Source of the DNA: a virus
Direction: 5' to 3' (one strand)
Virus record (IMG/VR): IMGVR_UViG_3300025121_000027
Coordinates: 32,001-96,000 of that record
DNA: 64,000 nucleotides
The notes under the pieces were generated by a model. That model was not told where the DNA came from. It worked only from the letters and a program-made list of their open reading frames with translations, and did not search any database. Of the stretch, positions 51,383-61,476 are shown piece by piece (within the stretch, counting starts at the first letter, position 1; each line of letters begins with the position of its first letter). The translations under genes and the position numbers were made by a program.

Positions 51383-52570
51383 TTATCTTTTAGTTCCAGA
51401 TGCTCCGTGGCTTTGCATCCAGCGAACCAAATGAAAGTGAAAGTTACGATGTACATCATTAACAGCAGCAGACCATACTTGCGGAGATATACTTCCGCGA
51501 AGTCTACTATCATTAGCCATGCGTTCACTTTCATATCTTAGTATATCTAAAATTTCAGTGAACCGTTCTTCTTCGATTATAATCGCTCTCATTATTTCAC
51601 CTTTCTTTATGACTCGTTCTTGTCGTTTGGTCTTGTAAGTAACTGCCGAAAGCACATAAAAAATCCCCTAATTTGCGCTATCCACATCCATGAAGGGTTG
51701 CCTCTGATTATGTGCTTTTTCGCAGATTTGGCGAATTGAATCATCCCCATTATGTTTATTTTAATATGACTATTCTTGATATTGTTGAACACCCAAAAGT
51801 ACATACATTCTCCCTATCATTATGTACCTTAATATTGTTTTTTCAATCATTCTATTGGTTTTAATCGCATTTAATTTTATCAAAATCTTCTATTGCGGAT
51901 TTAATTGCTTCTTCAAGATTCCTATTGCATTCAAATACTGCTATATTGTCCGAGCATCTACAACCTTTAATAGCCACAGACCATCTACAATTATCTCTAT
52001 CTATATCGTGCGAAACTGATATTCTATATGCTTTTTCATAGTTAAAAATCTTTAGTAATGATTCTGCCGATACTGGTTCGTCCGAATCGGCACAAGCCAC
52101 ACCAATAAAACAAAACATCAACATAAACAATAAAGTACTTTTAATCTTTTTCATGTTTTTTTATTTCCTTTCTTTCTCTTTAGAAAGTCTTGTTTCCAAA
52201 AGCAATTCTCAAATATTCTAATTATTCTATGCCTTGCTGCTTCCATTTCTAATTCTGTTGTAAATCTACTGTTGGCAAGATACCATAAATCCCCGAATAG
52301 AATTTCAAGTACTTCATGAAAAGCAATCTTCTCTATCTCTGTTTCTTCTGGTGTCGCATTCCAATCCTTTTGTAATGTAATGCAGCAAGTTTTAGACTCC
52401 ATATCGCTTGTTGCAAATGCTCTTGCATCTTCTTCTGTTTGGCAATGTTCTATGCATAATTCTATATCAAACATGCCAAATCTCTCTATCCAATATTCTG
52501 CTTCTTTCTTAAATCGCACAAAATCTTGTGCTGTTGTTTTGTAATTATTTTCATAGTTCTTTTCTATCAT
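51383..52570 (-). CDS. small hypothetical genes (51383-51655, 51861-52154, 52151-52570)
   Basis: ORF track; the last has an AFHEVLE zincin-like motif. Confidence 0.5.
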
Positions 52571-55263
52571 TCGGATATTCCTTTTATTGCTTTTGCTTTT
52601 GCTTTTGCTTCAATCGCTAAATCTTCTTTATCACAGACAAGAGCGGCAGAAGATAACTTTAGCCATACTTCATAATCGGCAGGATACTTTTTAAGATATT
52701 CTTTATAGTGAACAATTGCTTCGCCGTGTTTTTTTAGATTGCAAAGTAAATCCGCAATTATAGGAAGAAACGAATCAAATTCTTCTGCACCATTCATTGC
52801 TTCTAAAATGGTATCAATTCCGTATATAATTTTAGATGTATCTTCTTTTGTTTCTCCGTCGCATACAAGTACTTGCCCAAGTTCAAATTTATATCTTTTC
52901 TTTTCTGGATATTCTTTAACGAGTTGATTGTAAATAGGAATTGATTTTTCATATTCCTTGATTTGGAAATGTACCGTAGCAAGCCCCCACCTTGCTACTT
53001 CGTTTGTTGGAGATTTATCAACTGCTTTTTCGAGCATCTCTTTTGCTTTTGTGAAGTCTTTTTCTTTTCTACCTATCTCTTGTGCGTCAAACATTAATTG
53101 GATAGATTCAATTGTATCGCTATTATCTGGAAGTTCTTTTGCTTTTTTAATTGCTTCATTAAATAGGCGATATGCTTTTAATAAAACATCAGTCGCATTT
53201 TCATCTATAAGTTTAAATTTACTTGCTTCAAGCATAGGTCTTGCGAAATTACCAACAGCAAAGTATTGTTCCGCATCTTCTATATTTGGCTCTGGTTCTT
53301 TCTGTTTTGGAATAAGTAAAGATAAATCTCTTGCTTCGGATACTTTTGTTAATTGTTGTAGTGTCTCTTTATAGGATTGCTTCAATTGTTTACAGGCATC
53401 AAATGCCGCTTGCAATATAATTCTATTTCTTTCAATTCTAATTTTAGCATCTTCTAATGAAGTAAGAATATGATCTTGATTACCATCAACTTTCATTGCT
53501 GCATGGTTAATCTTTCTTGTTGCGCCATACAAAGCGAGAATAACAAGAGGCAATCTAACAGCTATATTATGTGCGTTATCACTATAGAGTTTATTGCTTG
53601 AAAGAAGTTTATTGAATTTGTCTGTTTGATCTTTCTTCAATTTTTTTAAAGTTAGTGCTTTCAGTTTTGAATTTGTATCAAGTGCTTTCTTTGCATTTAC
53701 TTGACATTCGTTCAAAAGAGATATTTCTTTTTCAAGAAGAGGTATTGATTCATCTACAAGTTCTAATGCATTACTACAATTAGAAAGCAATGGTTTAAGT
53801 TTATCTCTTTTATCTTCAATTTTATCTTTACAATATGTTTCCAATGCTCTCTTCAAAGACATTCTTTTTGCGCCTTGAATATTAGCACCACCTTCAGTCG
53901 CATTGATTACATGAGAATCCATTCCTTTAATGAATCGTTCAAACGAAGTAATGAAAGAAGCAAGGCCAACATTCGTTATAACTTCACCACCAAAATATCC
54001 AGCGACAGGAATAGGTGGCCCCATAGAAATATCTTGTACTTTGTTCAAATGACAACGTGGGTCTTGCACTTCCCATTTAATATCGCCTTGCTCGCTTCGT
54101 TTTAAAATACCCCTGCTATCTGCTTGTTGGAAATGAGATTGCTCGGAATCATATGCTAAATCTTGGCCGATCATAATCAAAGGAGAACAACCCAAGAGAA
54201 TACTTAGGCCGTAGCACATATGAGCAACTGAACCGCCTTGCAAAGTCCATCCTTTATCAGAAAGGATTTTGTGTATTCTATTCTTATGATCTGGATGCAT
54301 ATCTATTTGCGGCGAGCAAGCGACAAACATAGGCCCTTGCCATCTTTTAAGTAATGGGGCAAAAGACCTATTCAAAGCAACAAGTGGAATATTGCTTTCC
54401 ATCAATCCTTCATAATGCGTTAGATTGACTTCGCCATAATCAACAGAGCAAATGAAATCTGGATTGATACCATAAGCAAGCAACGGCCTTAATGCTTGTC
54501 CTACTGCAATAATGATTGCATTTTCTTGAGCCTCGATTAACAGATGAAGATTTTTAGAAAGAGAAGGGCCAGTAGAAACAAGAATGGCGGGAAGTCCTTT
54601 GTACAGCCCTTCAAGTTCTCTAACGCCTCTTCTATGGATAACGTATGGCAAATTGCTTATATCGTTATCGGCAATTTGTTTCCCTGCATTAGCAACCGTT
54701 CCGATATTGCATCTTGTTTGATTCAGAATAGATAATGCTTCAAAAGAAATTTGCTGATATGCATGATTGTCTATTGTATAACCTTCAATACAAGTTGCCC
54801 AATCGTCAATAACGTACTTCTCATTAATCAACTCCAACATATAAGATAGATCATCGATAGTTGGAGCAATCATCAACTTTTCTTCTTTTATTGCTTTTGA
54901 AATATCTATTCTTTGTAGAGCCGCTTTCAATAGTCCTGGTTCGGATTCTACTACAATAATAATATGTTTATCTTCTGCTTTGTTTAATGCTTCTTGCAGA
55001 AAATAACCAAGGCCAATGCCGATAATCATTGTCGCATTGGAACTATTGAAAGAAAAATCTTTTAGTCTTGCATCCGCTTCTTTTTTCCATCCTTCAATTG
55101 GATACAGAGATTTTCTTTTTGTTCCTTTAACAATTAGAAGATTGTCTGTATTGTCTTCACTCTTGATTAGTTCTACCCATTCTGGAAGATTTGCTTTTTC
55201 TATCTTTTCAATAAACTCTGGAATAAGATGGTGCTTTAATGCTTCGATATTTCTATTGAACAA
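52567..55263 (-). CDS. Maf/DUF115 (MAF_flag10) glycosyltransferase with C-terminal TPRs
   Basis: AILVSTGPSLSKNL, GINPDFICSVD, GGSVAHM, IGQDLAY, VINATEGGA; TPR helices at the C-terminus. Confidence 0.88.
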   Translation of the reverse strand: MFNRNIEALKHHLIPEFIEKIEKANLPEWVELIKSEDNTDNLLIVKGTKRKSLYPIEGWKKEADARLKDFSFNSSNATMIIGIGLGYFLQEALNKAEDKHIIIVVESEPGLLKAALQRIDISKAIKEEKLMIAPTIDDLSYMLELINEKYVIDDWATCIEGYTIDNHAYQQISFEALSILNQTRCNIGTVANAGKQIADNDISNLPYVIHRRGVRELEGLYKGLPAILVSTGPSLSKNLHLLIEAQENAIIIAVGQALRPLLAYGINPDFICSVDYGEVNLTHYEGLMESNIPLVALNRSFAPLLKRWQGPMFVACSPQIDMHPDHKNRIHKILSDKGWTLQGGSVAHMCYGLSILLGCSPLIMIGQDLAYDSEQSHFQQADSRGILKRSEQGDIKWEVQDPRCHLNKVQDISMGPPIPVAGYFGGEVITNVGLASFITSFERFIKGMDSHVINATEGGANIQGAKRMSLKRALETYCKDKIEDKRDKLKPLLSNCSNALELVDESIPLLEKEISLLNECQVNAKKALDTNSKLKALTLKKLKKDQTDKFNKLLSSNKLYSDNAHNIAVRLPLVILALYGATRKINHAAMKVDGNQDHILTSLEDAKIRIERNRIILQAAFDACKQLKQSYKETLQQLTKVSEARDLSLLIPKQKEPEPNIEDAEQYFAVGNFARPMLEASKFKLIDENATDVLLKAYRLFNEAIKKAKELPDNSDTIESIQLMFDAQEIGRKEKDFTKAKEMLEKAVDKSPTNEVARWGLATVHFQIKEYEKSIPIYNQLVKEYPEKKRYKFELGQVLVCDGETKEDTSKIIYGIDTILEAMNGAEEFDSFLPIIADLLCNLKKHGEAIVHYKEYLKKYPADYEVWLKLSSAALVCDKEDLAIEAKAKAKAIKGISE

Positions 55264-55373
55264 AATTTATTCTCCTTTTCATAAATCAGAATCCCTACTC
55301 AACATGAGAACTATGAGAAGTGAGCATGTATCTTGTAGGGATTTTCAGCGGGTACCTCGCCTATCTGATATTG

Positions 55374-57629
55374 TTATTTCGATGCTGTATATTTTGCTGC
55401 AAAATCTCTCATTTCAACATAAGATAATTCGCTATATTTCATTGCCGCTTCTCTAAATACTTCTGGAGTATAGAAAACAGGCGGCGGCATTGGAAATTCA
55501 GAATCGCTTACAACAACATTATATTTTTCATCAAGACGATAATAAACAATTCCCAATTCTTCATTTTCTTCATTGTTTTGTTTGTTTAACTTTACAACTT
55601 GAACATGCCATGCAGCAATAGCATCTCCAACAGCAAGATAAATGGTATCGTCCAGCTTATTATTTCTTTCGAGAATAGAAAGAATAGATAATGCTTTGTC
55701 TACACAAGCGCCATAAGCAACAATTTTTACTCCAGCTTTATTACTTTCTGCTGTCCATCCAGTAGCCCCATCCGGCATAGTAAAAGTTGCTGTTCCATCT
55801 GGCGCAATACTTACATTAGTATATTGATTTTCTGTTGCTCCTGAATAATTAGAATATGAATATTTTCTTACAAGTCTTTTTGCATTATAATAATTATAAA
55901 TACCGGTTGTTATTAGCGTAGCAATTAAAGCTATAACCAAACACTTAATACTGTGTTTTAAATCACTACATTCTTCTTCTTTCTCTGCAAGATGTTTTCT
56001 CAATATGACAAAAGACATAGGATTCATAATATTCATCCTCTCGCTTGCCTGTTTTTATAGTTATTGATAAACTTCTTTTCTACCTCTGTAAGATCAGAAG
56101 GCATATAGTAACCTTTATAAAAAGAAATATAATATGGATGATTGTGTTTTACAGAAGGATTGTCGTTTTTAAAAGAACTTCTTGTAAACAATGCTTGTCT
56201 TGCTCTTTCAAAAGCAATTTTCCTTCCTGTCAATTTGCAAGGATTATCTCCGTAAGAACAAACAGAAATACCCCTTGCATATTCATCGCCATCAATTAGA
56301 AAGCATTCAGTAATCATCGGCTTGTTATCTTCTGTTCTCTCGTACAGATAATAATCTTTCATCATTGATTTTTCTCCTTTTAGTTTGTTGGATTATCTGG
56401 CCATCCTTATAAGATCTTTCAACGCTTGGTATTCTGGATTAAATAAATCTGGAACTTCGGAAATAGTAGCAATGCCAGAAGCAATCAATCCAATTAATGA
56501 AGCAATACAAAGAATGGAGAAAAAATAGACATATTTGTTCCCCTCATCCCAATCAAATAATTTGTATTTATCTCCAATAAACAAAAATGCGATTGTTATT
56601 AGTGTAAGAATAATAAAGAAACCAAATAAAATCAAAGCAGAATATGCTTCAACAATTTGTTGTTTAACCAACCATGGCCAAACTTGTTCTACAGTAACTC
56701 CGATTTTTTCGGCAATTTTATCAAGATAATTTGTAACAAGTTCTACATATTCTTTTTCCATGTCATTCTCTCCTTCTTCGTTTTGGTTTTTCTTCCGTTG
56801 TTTCCGTTGTTTCTTCTATGGCATCTTCTGTAACTTCTATCTTTTCATTATCATCTTTTGCTTTGAATGAAGGCAGGATTACATTGTTGTTTACCAAATA
56901 TGAATCTCTTTCGTATTGCGTTTCTTTGCAGAAAGATAAATATCTTTCACATTGATTTTTGCAAATAGTTTTAGATTGACAACATCCTAAATCAACCCAC
57001 AATCCTCCTGTTAAATTCTTTTTATGTTGACATTCTTCTGGTGGGTTAAGAAGAAACCCTCCCCAGTTAGTTATTCTTTTAACAACTTTTCTTATTGGTT
57101 GTAAGCCGTCTCTTCGCTTTTTCATTTGTTACTCCCACATGTGCCGATAAAAACATACACTTGAGAAACTTGAATAGTTGATATAAAATCTTCTTTCTCT
57201 TTCGCTGAAATCATCCCATCTTTTTGTTTTGTTTAAACTATCCCAATTTTCTCTTCTGCTTAAATCACTCCAAAAACAATCTTTTTCAAAGGCTTCAGAG
57301 CCTAAATACCAATGTTTGAATAAATGATTTATTCTCATTTGTTACCTCCACATATTCTTATATTTGATTTTATCTTCCCAATTTTCTATCAACTTCCATA
57401 CGACATGATTTTCTTTGTAATATTGTTTTTTTAATGGTGTTTTAAAATCTGCTTTCAGAAATTCAAATCCATAATAAGGATTGAAATGCCATCTATATAC
57501 TTTGCCTTTATCTGCTGTTGCCCACCCTAAAAAATAGGCATGTGAACATTCTTCGCAGTAATTGCATGGATAAGAATTACAATGCAGACTTGAGCATATC
57601 GTTGGTGTTATCATATTCTTTCTTCCCAA
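55374..57629 (-). CDS. cluster of hypothetical genes (55374-56036, 56033-56365, 56393-56761 membrane protein, 56763-57125, 57129-57338, 57342-57629)
   Basis: ORF track; co-oriented and tightly packed. Confidence 0.55.
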
Positions 57630-57858
57630 TCTTCTGTGTATTCATACTTTTCACAACTCCACATAGTAGTCCAAGACCAATGCTCGAAAAAGCAATGATA
57701 ATGATCTGGAAAGTCTCTCCACTTAGGATCAATACCGAGACAATCTGCTTTAACTTGCTGGAATAAACATTGTCTACATGCTGGCATTTGTCTATCCTCT
57801 TGCTTTACACTTAGGACATATCGGAGCGATGTTTAAAGTAAGATACTTTCATATATCA

Positions 57859-57887
57859 ATTATAATAAGAATAGAGCTAAAAATAAA
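57859..57887 (-). promoter_or_regulatory. repeated promoter motif, copy 2 (TTTATT-17-TATAAT)
   Basis: TTTATTTT-N12-TATTATA. Confidence 0.65.
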
Positions 57888-57925
57888 GCCAAGGGCAAAG
57901 ATACATACTTGCCCTTGGCTTTATT
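57882..57925 (-). terminator. intrinsic terminator of the Ro-like operon
   Basis: 17-bp inverted repeat AATAAAGCCAAGGGCAA/TTGCCCTTGGCTTTATT plus T-run. Confidence 0.8.
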
Positions 57926-57984
57926 CTCTGCAACGTCAGAACAGCTTCTAATTGAGTTTAAACGCATATTCGGTTTCTTTTAAA

Positions 57985-58107
57985 ATACCGCATTGTTGGA
58001 CTCGAACCAACTCCTTTCTCATATGCTGTTCAAGCATGATCACCATTGGCCGTCGTGCTGTCTTACTGCATCATGTTGACTATTCTTCCCAGAACTAAAT
58101 GCGGCAT
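57985..58107 (-). ncRNA. atypical tRNA-like RNA
   Basis: closing stem ATGCCGCATT/AATGCGGTAT, T arm GTTGG-TTCGAGT-CCAAC, short D-like arm, enlarged middle, no CCA. Confidence 0.55.
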
Positions 58108-58112
58108 ATTTG

Positions 58113-58415
58113 TTACTTCAACCTTGCTTCTAGTTCCGCCACTTCTGCATCTACACTTTGCCGAATCTCTCTCCTGGACAATAGAGAAGCTTGCCGCGCT
58201 TTTGCCGCCTTCAACCTTCGGAGCAATTCATCTTTAGTGCGTCTGCTGATTTCAGAAACAATAGCAGAACTTTGAACCAAAACCCAATCAGGCGCATCGA
58301 CTTTCAACTCTTCGTAGCCATCAGACAGTACTTTCAATTGTGCTTTGCCAAGAATCAATTCTTCCAAAGACAAGTTTTCCAAACAAGTAGTTTCGCTAAT
58401 AATCAAGTTTCTCAT
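58113..58415 (-). CDS. 100-aa coiled-coil protein downstream of the Ro-like gene
   Basis: ORF track; basic helical C-terminus. Confidence 0.6.
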   Translation of the reverse strand: MRNLIISETTCLENLSLEELILGKAQLKVLSDGYEELKVDAPDWVLVQSSAIVSEISRRTKDELLRRLKAAKARQASLLSRREIRQSVDAEVAELEARLK

Positions 58416-58643
58416 TTTTGCTTTTCTCCTTTTTTGAGTTCTTTTATGGTAGATACCATTTTGCAGAAATCAAATAAGTATTTACGATCATTAAGAACTA
58501 AAACAACATTAGTTTTCTTTTCTATTGAAAGAATCATACACTCTTCTTCACAAACATTTTGACTGCTTCCAGGAATCGCACTAACTACAATTTCTCTTAT
58601 ATGAATTGTATTAAGTTTTCTTTCTTTTCTTTCTGCATACATT

Positions 58644-60110
58644 TTACCTTCCCTCCTTTTTAAATACATCTTTAAGAGTCAACAAGGGAATCTGCATGAT
58701 CTCATCCACCAAACTATACTTACTTGTTCGCATGGTCTTAATCAAATTGGGAAGTGAATAATAATCTACATTATTCCCAAGCTCAAACTTTTGCAATTGA
58801 ATATCTGCACTCTCGCAGTAAGAAGACATTCTATCATTTTCGCCAGGAACATGAAACATATAAACAGTTGGCTCAATACCAATATCTCTTCTATAATCAT
58901 CATAAGCATTGTGAAAATAAGGAGAGCGATTATCACCGCCATCAGTACAGACAGCAATTCCGTTTACCACAATTCCTTTTTCTTTAATTAGCTCCAAGCC
59001 ACAACCAATAGAAGTGCTGCCAGTTGCAGTCAATCGTTTTGTATCATTCTTAATTTGCTCCAATGTCTTTCCTGTAACATCAAAATAAATCGGAGTATCA
59101 TTAAAAAAAACAAGATGAACATTACCCTTAACTTGTCTTGCAATCAAAGCAGCAACATTTCTTGCAACTTCAATAGAAGTCTGCATAGAGCCAGAGCGAT
59201 CCCCGAGCACAAGCCAATCACCATCAATACTACTATTGTCCAACTTATCTTCTTGCGCTTTGTGAAGTTTAGCGGAAAGCTTCTTATCTGTCTTTGCTAC
59301 CGCTTCAGCAGCTTTCGTTATCTTCATCGAAGGTGTTTTCTTATCTTTCTGCATCCTTACTATACCATTATCATAAGCAGCTTTCAATGCAGGGTTTTCA
59401 AATACTCCCATTTTTTGAAGCATGTTTGTATTTGTAATAAGTTCTGCTCCTGTCATGCGTTCAATCAGAGCAAGAATAACATCGGACTTTCCCTTAATAC
59501 CACCAAGAGCACCAACAGCAATAAGATATGGTATCTTATGATTAAGAATTGCACCAGCGGCTTCTTGCGCTTTCATGTTTTTTAAATCTTTGACAACTTG
59601 AAAAACACTATTCTTTGGATATTTCTTTTCAAATAGAATCTCTTGTGCTCGTTTATTTGGCTTGACATGATAGATAGCATAAAGACTTTTCATGGATTCT
59701 CTATGCTGCAATACAGTTCTATCCCACCAACCAATAGACTTTTCTCTTTCTCTGATAAACATTCTAACAGCTTGCTTTAACCAAGTACCGCCACCCTCTT
59801 GACATAGCGGCAATTCTCTATGGTATCTACAAGCCCTCAAGAAGTCTTTAGGGGAAAGCTTGCAGAGATGAGCGGCGGCATTTTCATATAGTTCATCATC
59901 TTTGCTGCTGCGTAAAGATAGAATAGGAAAAGCCACTTTACTATCTCTTACTTCGCCCTTCAGTTCATTCCACGCAATGATATGTGCAAACAGTTCTGGC
60001 TCATGCTTTACTGCTTTCAAACCGATATCATTGTAAATAGAGAGATTGCCATGACCGACGCGCAGGAGTTGATTCACAATTTGATTTTGCGATGCTGCGA
60101 TCTTTTCCAT
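58644..60110 (-). CDS. Ro60/TROVE-like RNA-binding protein with C-terminal VWA domain
   Basis: basic helical N-region (EPELFAHIIAW..GEVRD) plus MIDAS DRSGSM, GSTSIG, CTDGGDN; adjacent Y-like RNAs; likely start MEKIAAS at 60110. Confidence 0.65.
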   Translation of the reverse strand: MEKIAASQNQIVNQLLRVGHGNLSIYNDIGLKAVKHEPELFAHIIAWNELKGEVRDSKVAFPILSLRSSKDDELYENAAAHLCKLSPKDFLRACRYHRELPLCQEGGGTWLKQAVRMFIREREKSIGWWDRTVLQHRESMKSLYAIYHVKPNKRAQEILFEKKYPKNSVFQVVKDLKNMKAQEAAGAILNHKIPYLIAVGALGGIKGKSDVILALIERMTGAELITNTNMLQKMGVFENPALKAAYDNGIVRMQKDKKTPSMKITKAAEAVAKTDKKLSAKLHKAQEDKLDNSSIDGDWLVLGDRSGSMQTSIEVARNVAALIARQVKGNVHLVFFNDTPIYFDVTGKTLEQIKNDTKRLTATGSTSIGCGLELIKEKGIVVNGIAVCTDGGDNRSPYFHNAYDDYRRDIGIEPTVYMFHVPGENDRMSSYCESADIQLQKFELGNNVDYYSLPNLIKTMRTSKYSLVDEIMQIPLLTLKDVFKKEGR

Positions 60111-60244
60111 TTTATTTTTCCTTTTGGTTGTTAGATTTTTTACAATAGAACAAATTATAGTGCTTTGTCGCTCTAACAGCAATTCTTAATCTTTTTGCTG
60201 CTTTTCTTTTATGTTTATTCATGATTTATTCTTTCCGTTTAAAG

Positions 60245-60322
60245 TGGCGCGCCTGGCAGGGCTCGAACCTGCGACCTAATGATTAGAAGTCATTTGCTCG
60301 TATCCAACTGAGCTACAGGCGC
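60245..60322 (-). tRNA. tRNA-Arg(UCU)
   Basis: full cloverleaf GCGCCTG...CAGGCGC-GCCA; anticodon arm AATGA-CTTCTAA-TCATT. Confidence 0.95.
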
Positions 60323-60340
60323 ATAAATTTTTTCTAAAAA

Positions 60341-60383
60341 AATAGGCTTGAGAATCAGAATACTATTGTTTCTCAAGCCTATT
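60341..60383 (-). terminator. terminator/processing hairpin within the RNA cluster
   Basis: AATAGGCTTGAGAA/TTCTCAAGCCTATT plus T-run on the minus strand. Confidence 0.65.
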
Positions 60384-60564
60384 AAAATTTGAGTGCGGAT
60401 GCATTGTTCCTTCGATGTCCTTCGATAAAGGATTAGCACTCATATTCCTAAACTCATCAGCCGTTTTTAGCCATCCTCATATATTACTTTTGAGCATAAT
60501 GATTTGCCTATGAGGACTGAAGGTATAAAACAAATCATATGTGACGTCTCAAAAGAAATCTAAC

Positions 60565-60639
60565 TGGTCGCCGAAGAAGGACTCGAACCTTGCATGAATG
60601 TTCCCAAAACACTCGTGTTACCACTACACTACTTCGGCG
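60565..60639 (-). tRNA. tRNA-Pro(UGG)
   Basis: CGCCGAA/TTCGGCG-ACCA; anticodon loop TTTGGGA; one T-stem mismatch. Confidence 0.88.
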
Positions 60640-60649
60640 TAAAACTAAA

Positions 60650-60779
60650 AAAAGGGGAAAGTCGAAAAAGTTTTATACTACTTTTGATACAGGACTTGAA
60701 CCTGCTACCGATTGCTTGGAATGCAATTGCTCTACCAAATTGAGCTAATCATGTAAACTTTTAAGCGGTATCCCCTTTT
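60650..60779 (-). ncRNA. Y-like RNA unit 4 with UCC tRNA-like cargo
   Basis: outer stem AAAAGGGGA/TCCCCTTTT, shared motifs, D/anticodon/T arms with only a 4-bp acceptor remnant. Confidence 0.7.
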
Positions 60780-60788
60780 GTGTTCAAA

Positions 60789-60930
60789 TTAGCAAGAAGT
60801 CGTATAAGCTATGTTGATTATACAGATTGATTTAGAGTCAATTGCGTATACCATTCCGCCTTATTCTCCGAAGAAAATAGAAGGAGTCGAACCTTCAAGT
60901 ATCATGTAAGCTTAATGCGGTGCTTGCTAA
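60789..60930 (-). ncRNA. Y-like RNA unit 3 with circularly permuted CUA tRNA-like cargo
   Basis: outer stem TTAGCAAG/CTTGCTAA; order T arm, UUCG-capped acceptor, D arm, anticodon arm. Confidence 0.72.
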
Positions 60931-60941
60931 ACTTTTTAAAA

Positions 60942-61012
60942 ATGGCGAGAAGTTATATAAGCTCTCTATTGTTTACTCCAGAAACATGTAAGCTTAAGAT
61001 GATACCCGCCAT
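60942..61012 (-). ncRNA. Y-like RNA unit 2 (minimal, small hairpin cargo)
   Basis: outer stem ATGGCGGG/CTCGCCAT; TTAAGCTTACATG...AGCTTATATAACTT. Confidence 0.65.
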
Positions 61013-61020
61013 AAGAACTT

Positions 61021-61156
61021 TTAAATCAGTAAGTCGAATAAGCTTTTTACTTTGGTTGCAATTGTTGGATTTGAACCAACTACTTATTCTTTATGAGAGA
61101 ATCGCTCTACCAAATTGAGCTAAGTTGCGTGTAGGCTTAATCTGTAACTGATTTAA
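61021..61156 (-). ncRNA. Y-like RNA unit 1 enclosing a CAU tRNA-like sequence (61053-61129)
   Basis: outer stem TTAAATCAGT/ACTGATTTAA; internal cloverleaf with CTCATAA loop, C1-A72 mismatch and ACCA. Confidence 0.72.
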
Positions 61157-61214
61157 TTTTCAAAGATCAATTGTTATTCTGAAATACTATAATAGAAAAG
61201 TTTTAAAAAATAAA
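61157..61214 (-). promoter_or_regulatory. promoter copy 3 (61186-61214) followed by boxA-like GATCTTTGAAAA (61157-61168)
   Basis: motif match; directly upstream of the RNA array. Confidence 0.65.
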
Positions 61215-61235
61215 GAGTAGATAAAATTTTTGTTT

Positions 61236-61466
61236 GCATGGCTGCCAGGATTCGAACCTGGACAACCGATTTGCGTAGCTTCTGCCCTACGCTCGTACGC
61301 TGCTGCGCGAGTAAATCCTCGATTGATCCGCACAGTTCGTCAGCAGATCCTTCTCGGCCAAAGTGCGGTGCGTTTCCGTGGGTTATTCAGCGTCATTTTG
61401 GAAGATTGTTCATGCAATCTTTTGTCTACCCAAATGTCCTTTCGCCAACTTTCCGCCACAGCCAGC
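61236..61466 (-). ncRNA. ~230-nt expanded tRNA-like RNA
   Basis: TGGCTG/CAGCCA acceptor, GTGGCGGAA start, CCAGG-TTCGAAT-CCTGG T arm, large structured inserts. Confidence 0.65.
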
Positions 61467-61476
61467 AAACTATTAA

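Noticed and set aside
60111-60182. Upstream start of the Ro-like ORF given in the track
   Set aside because: Non-ATG start without RBS; ATG at 60110 has AAGGA upstream and is more plausible.
60455-60461. CTGATGA hammerhead ribozyme core on the minus strand
   Set aside because: Could not find a stem II closed directly before GAAA, nor stems I and III.
60789-60930. Stop-codon reassignment (TAG recoding) suggested by the CUA anticodon
   Set aside because: Conserved genes are full length in the standard code and several end at TAG at the expected position.
60650-61156. CRISPR array interpretation of the repeated units
   Set aside because: Repeats are degenerate, come as 5'/3' halves that base-pair around structured cargo, and no cas genes are present.
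58046-61361. 7-nt complementarity (CGGCCAA/TTGGCCG) between loops of the two expanded tRNA-like RNAs
   Set aside because: Too short to distinguish from chance without covariation data.
61236-61466. tmRNA call
   Set aside because: Lacks the GGGG 5' end with G3-U pair, a CCA end and a recognisable tag ORF, and it retains a D stem.
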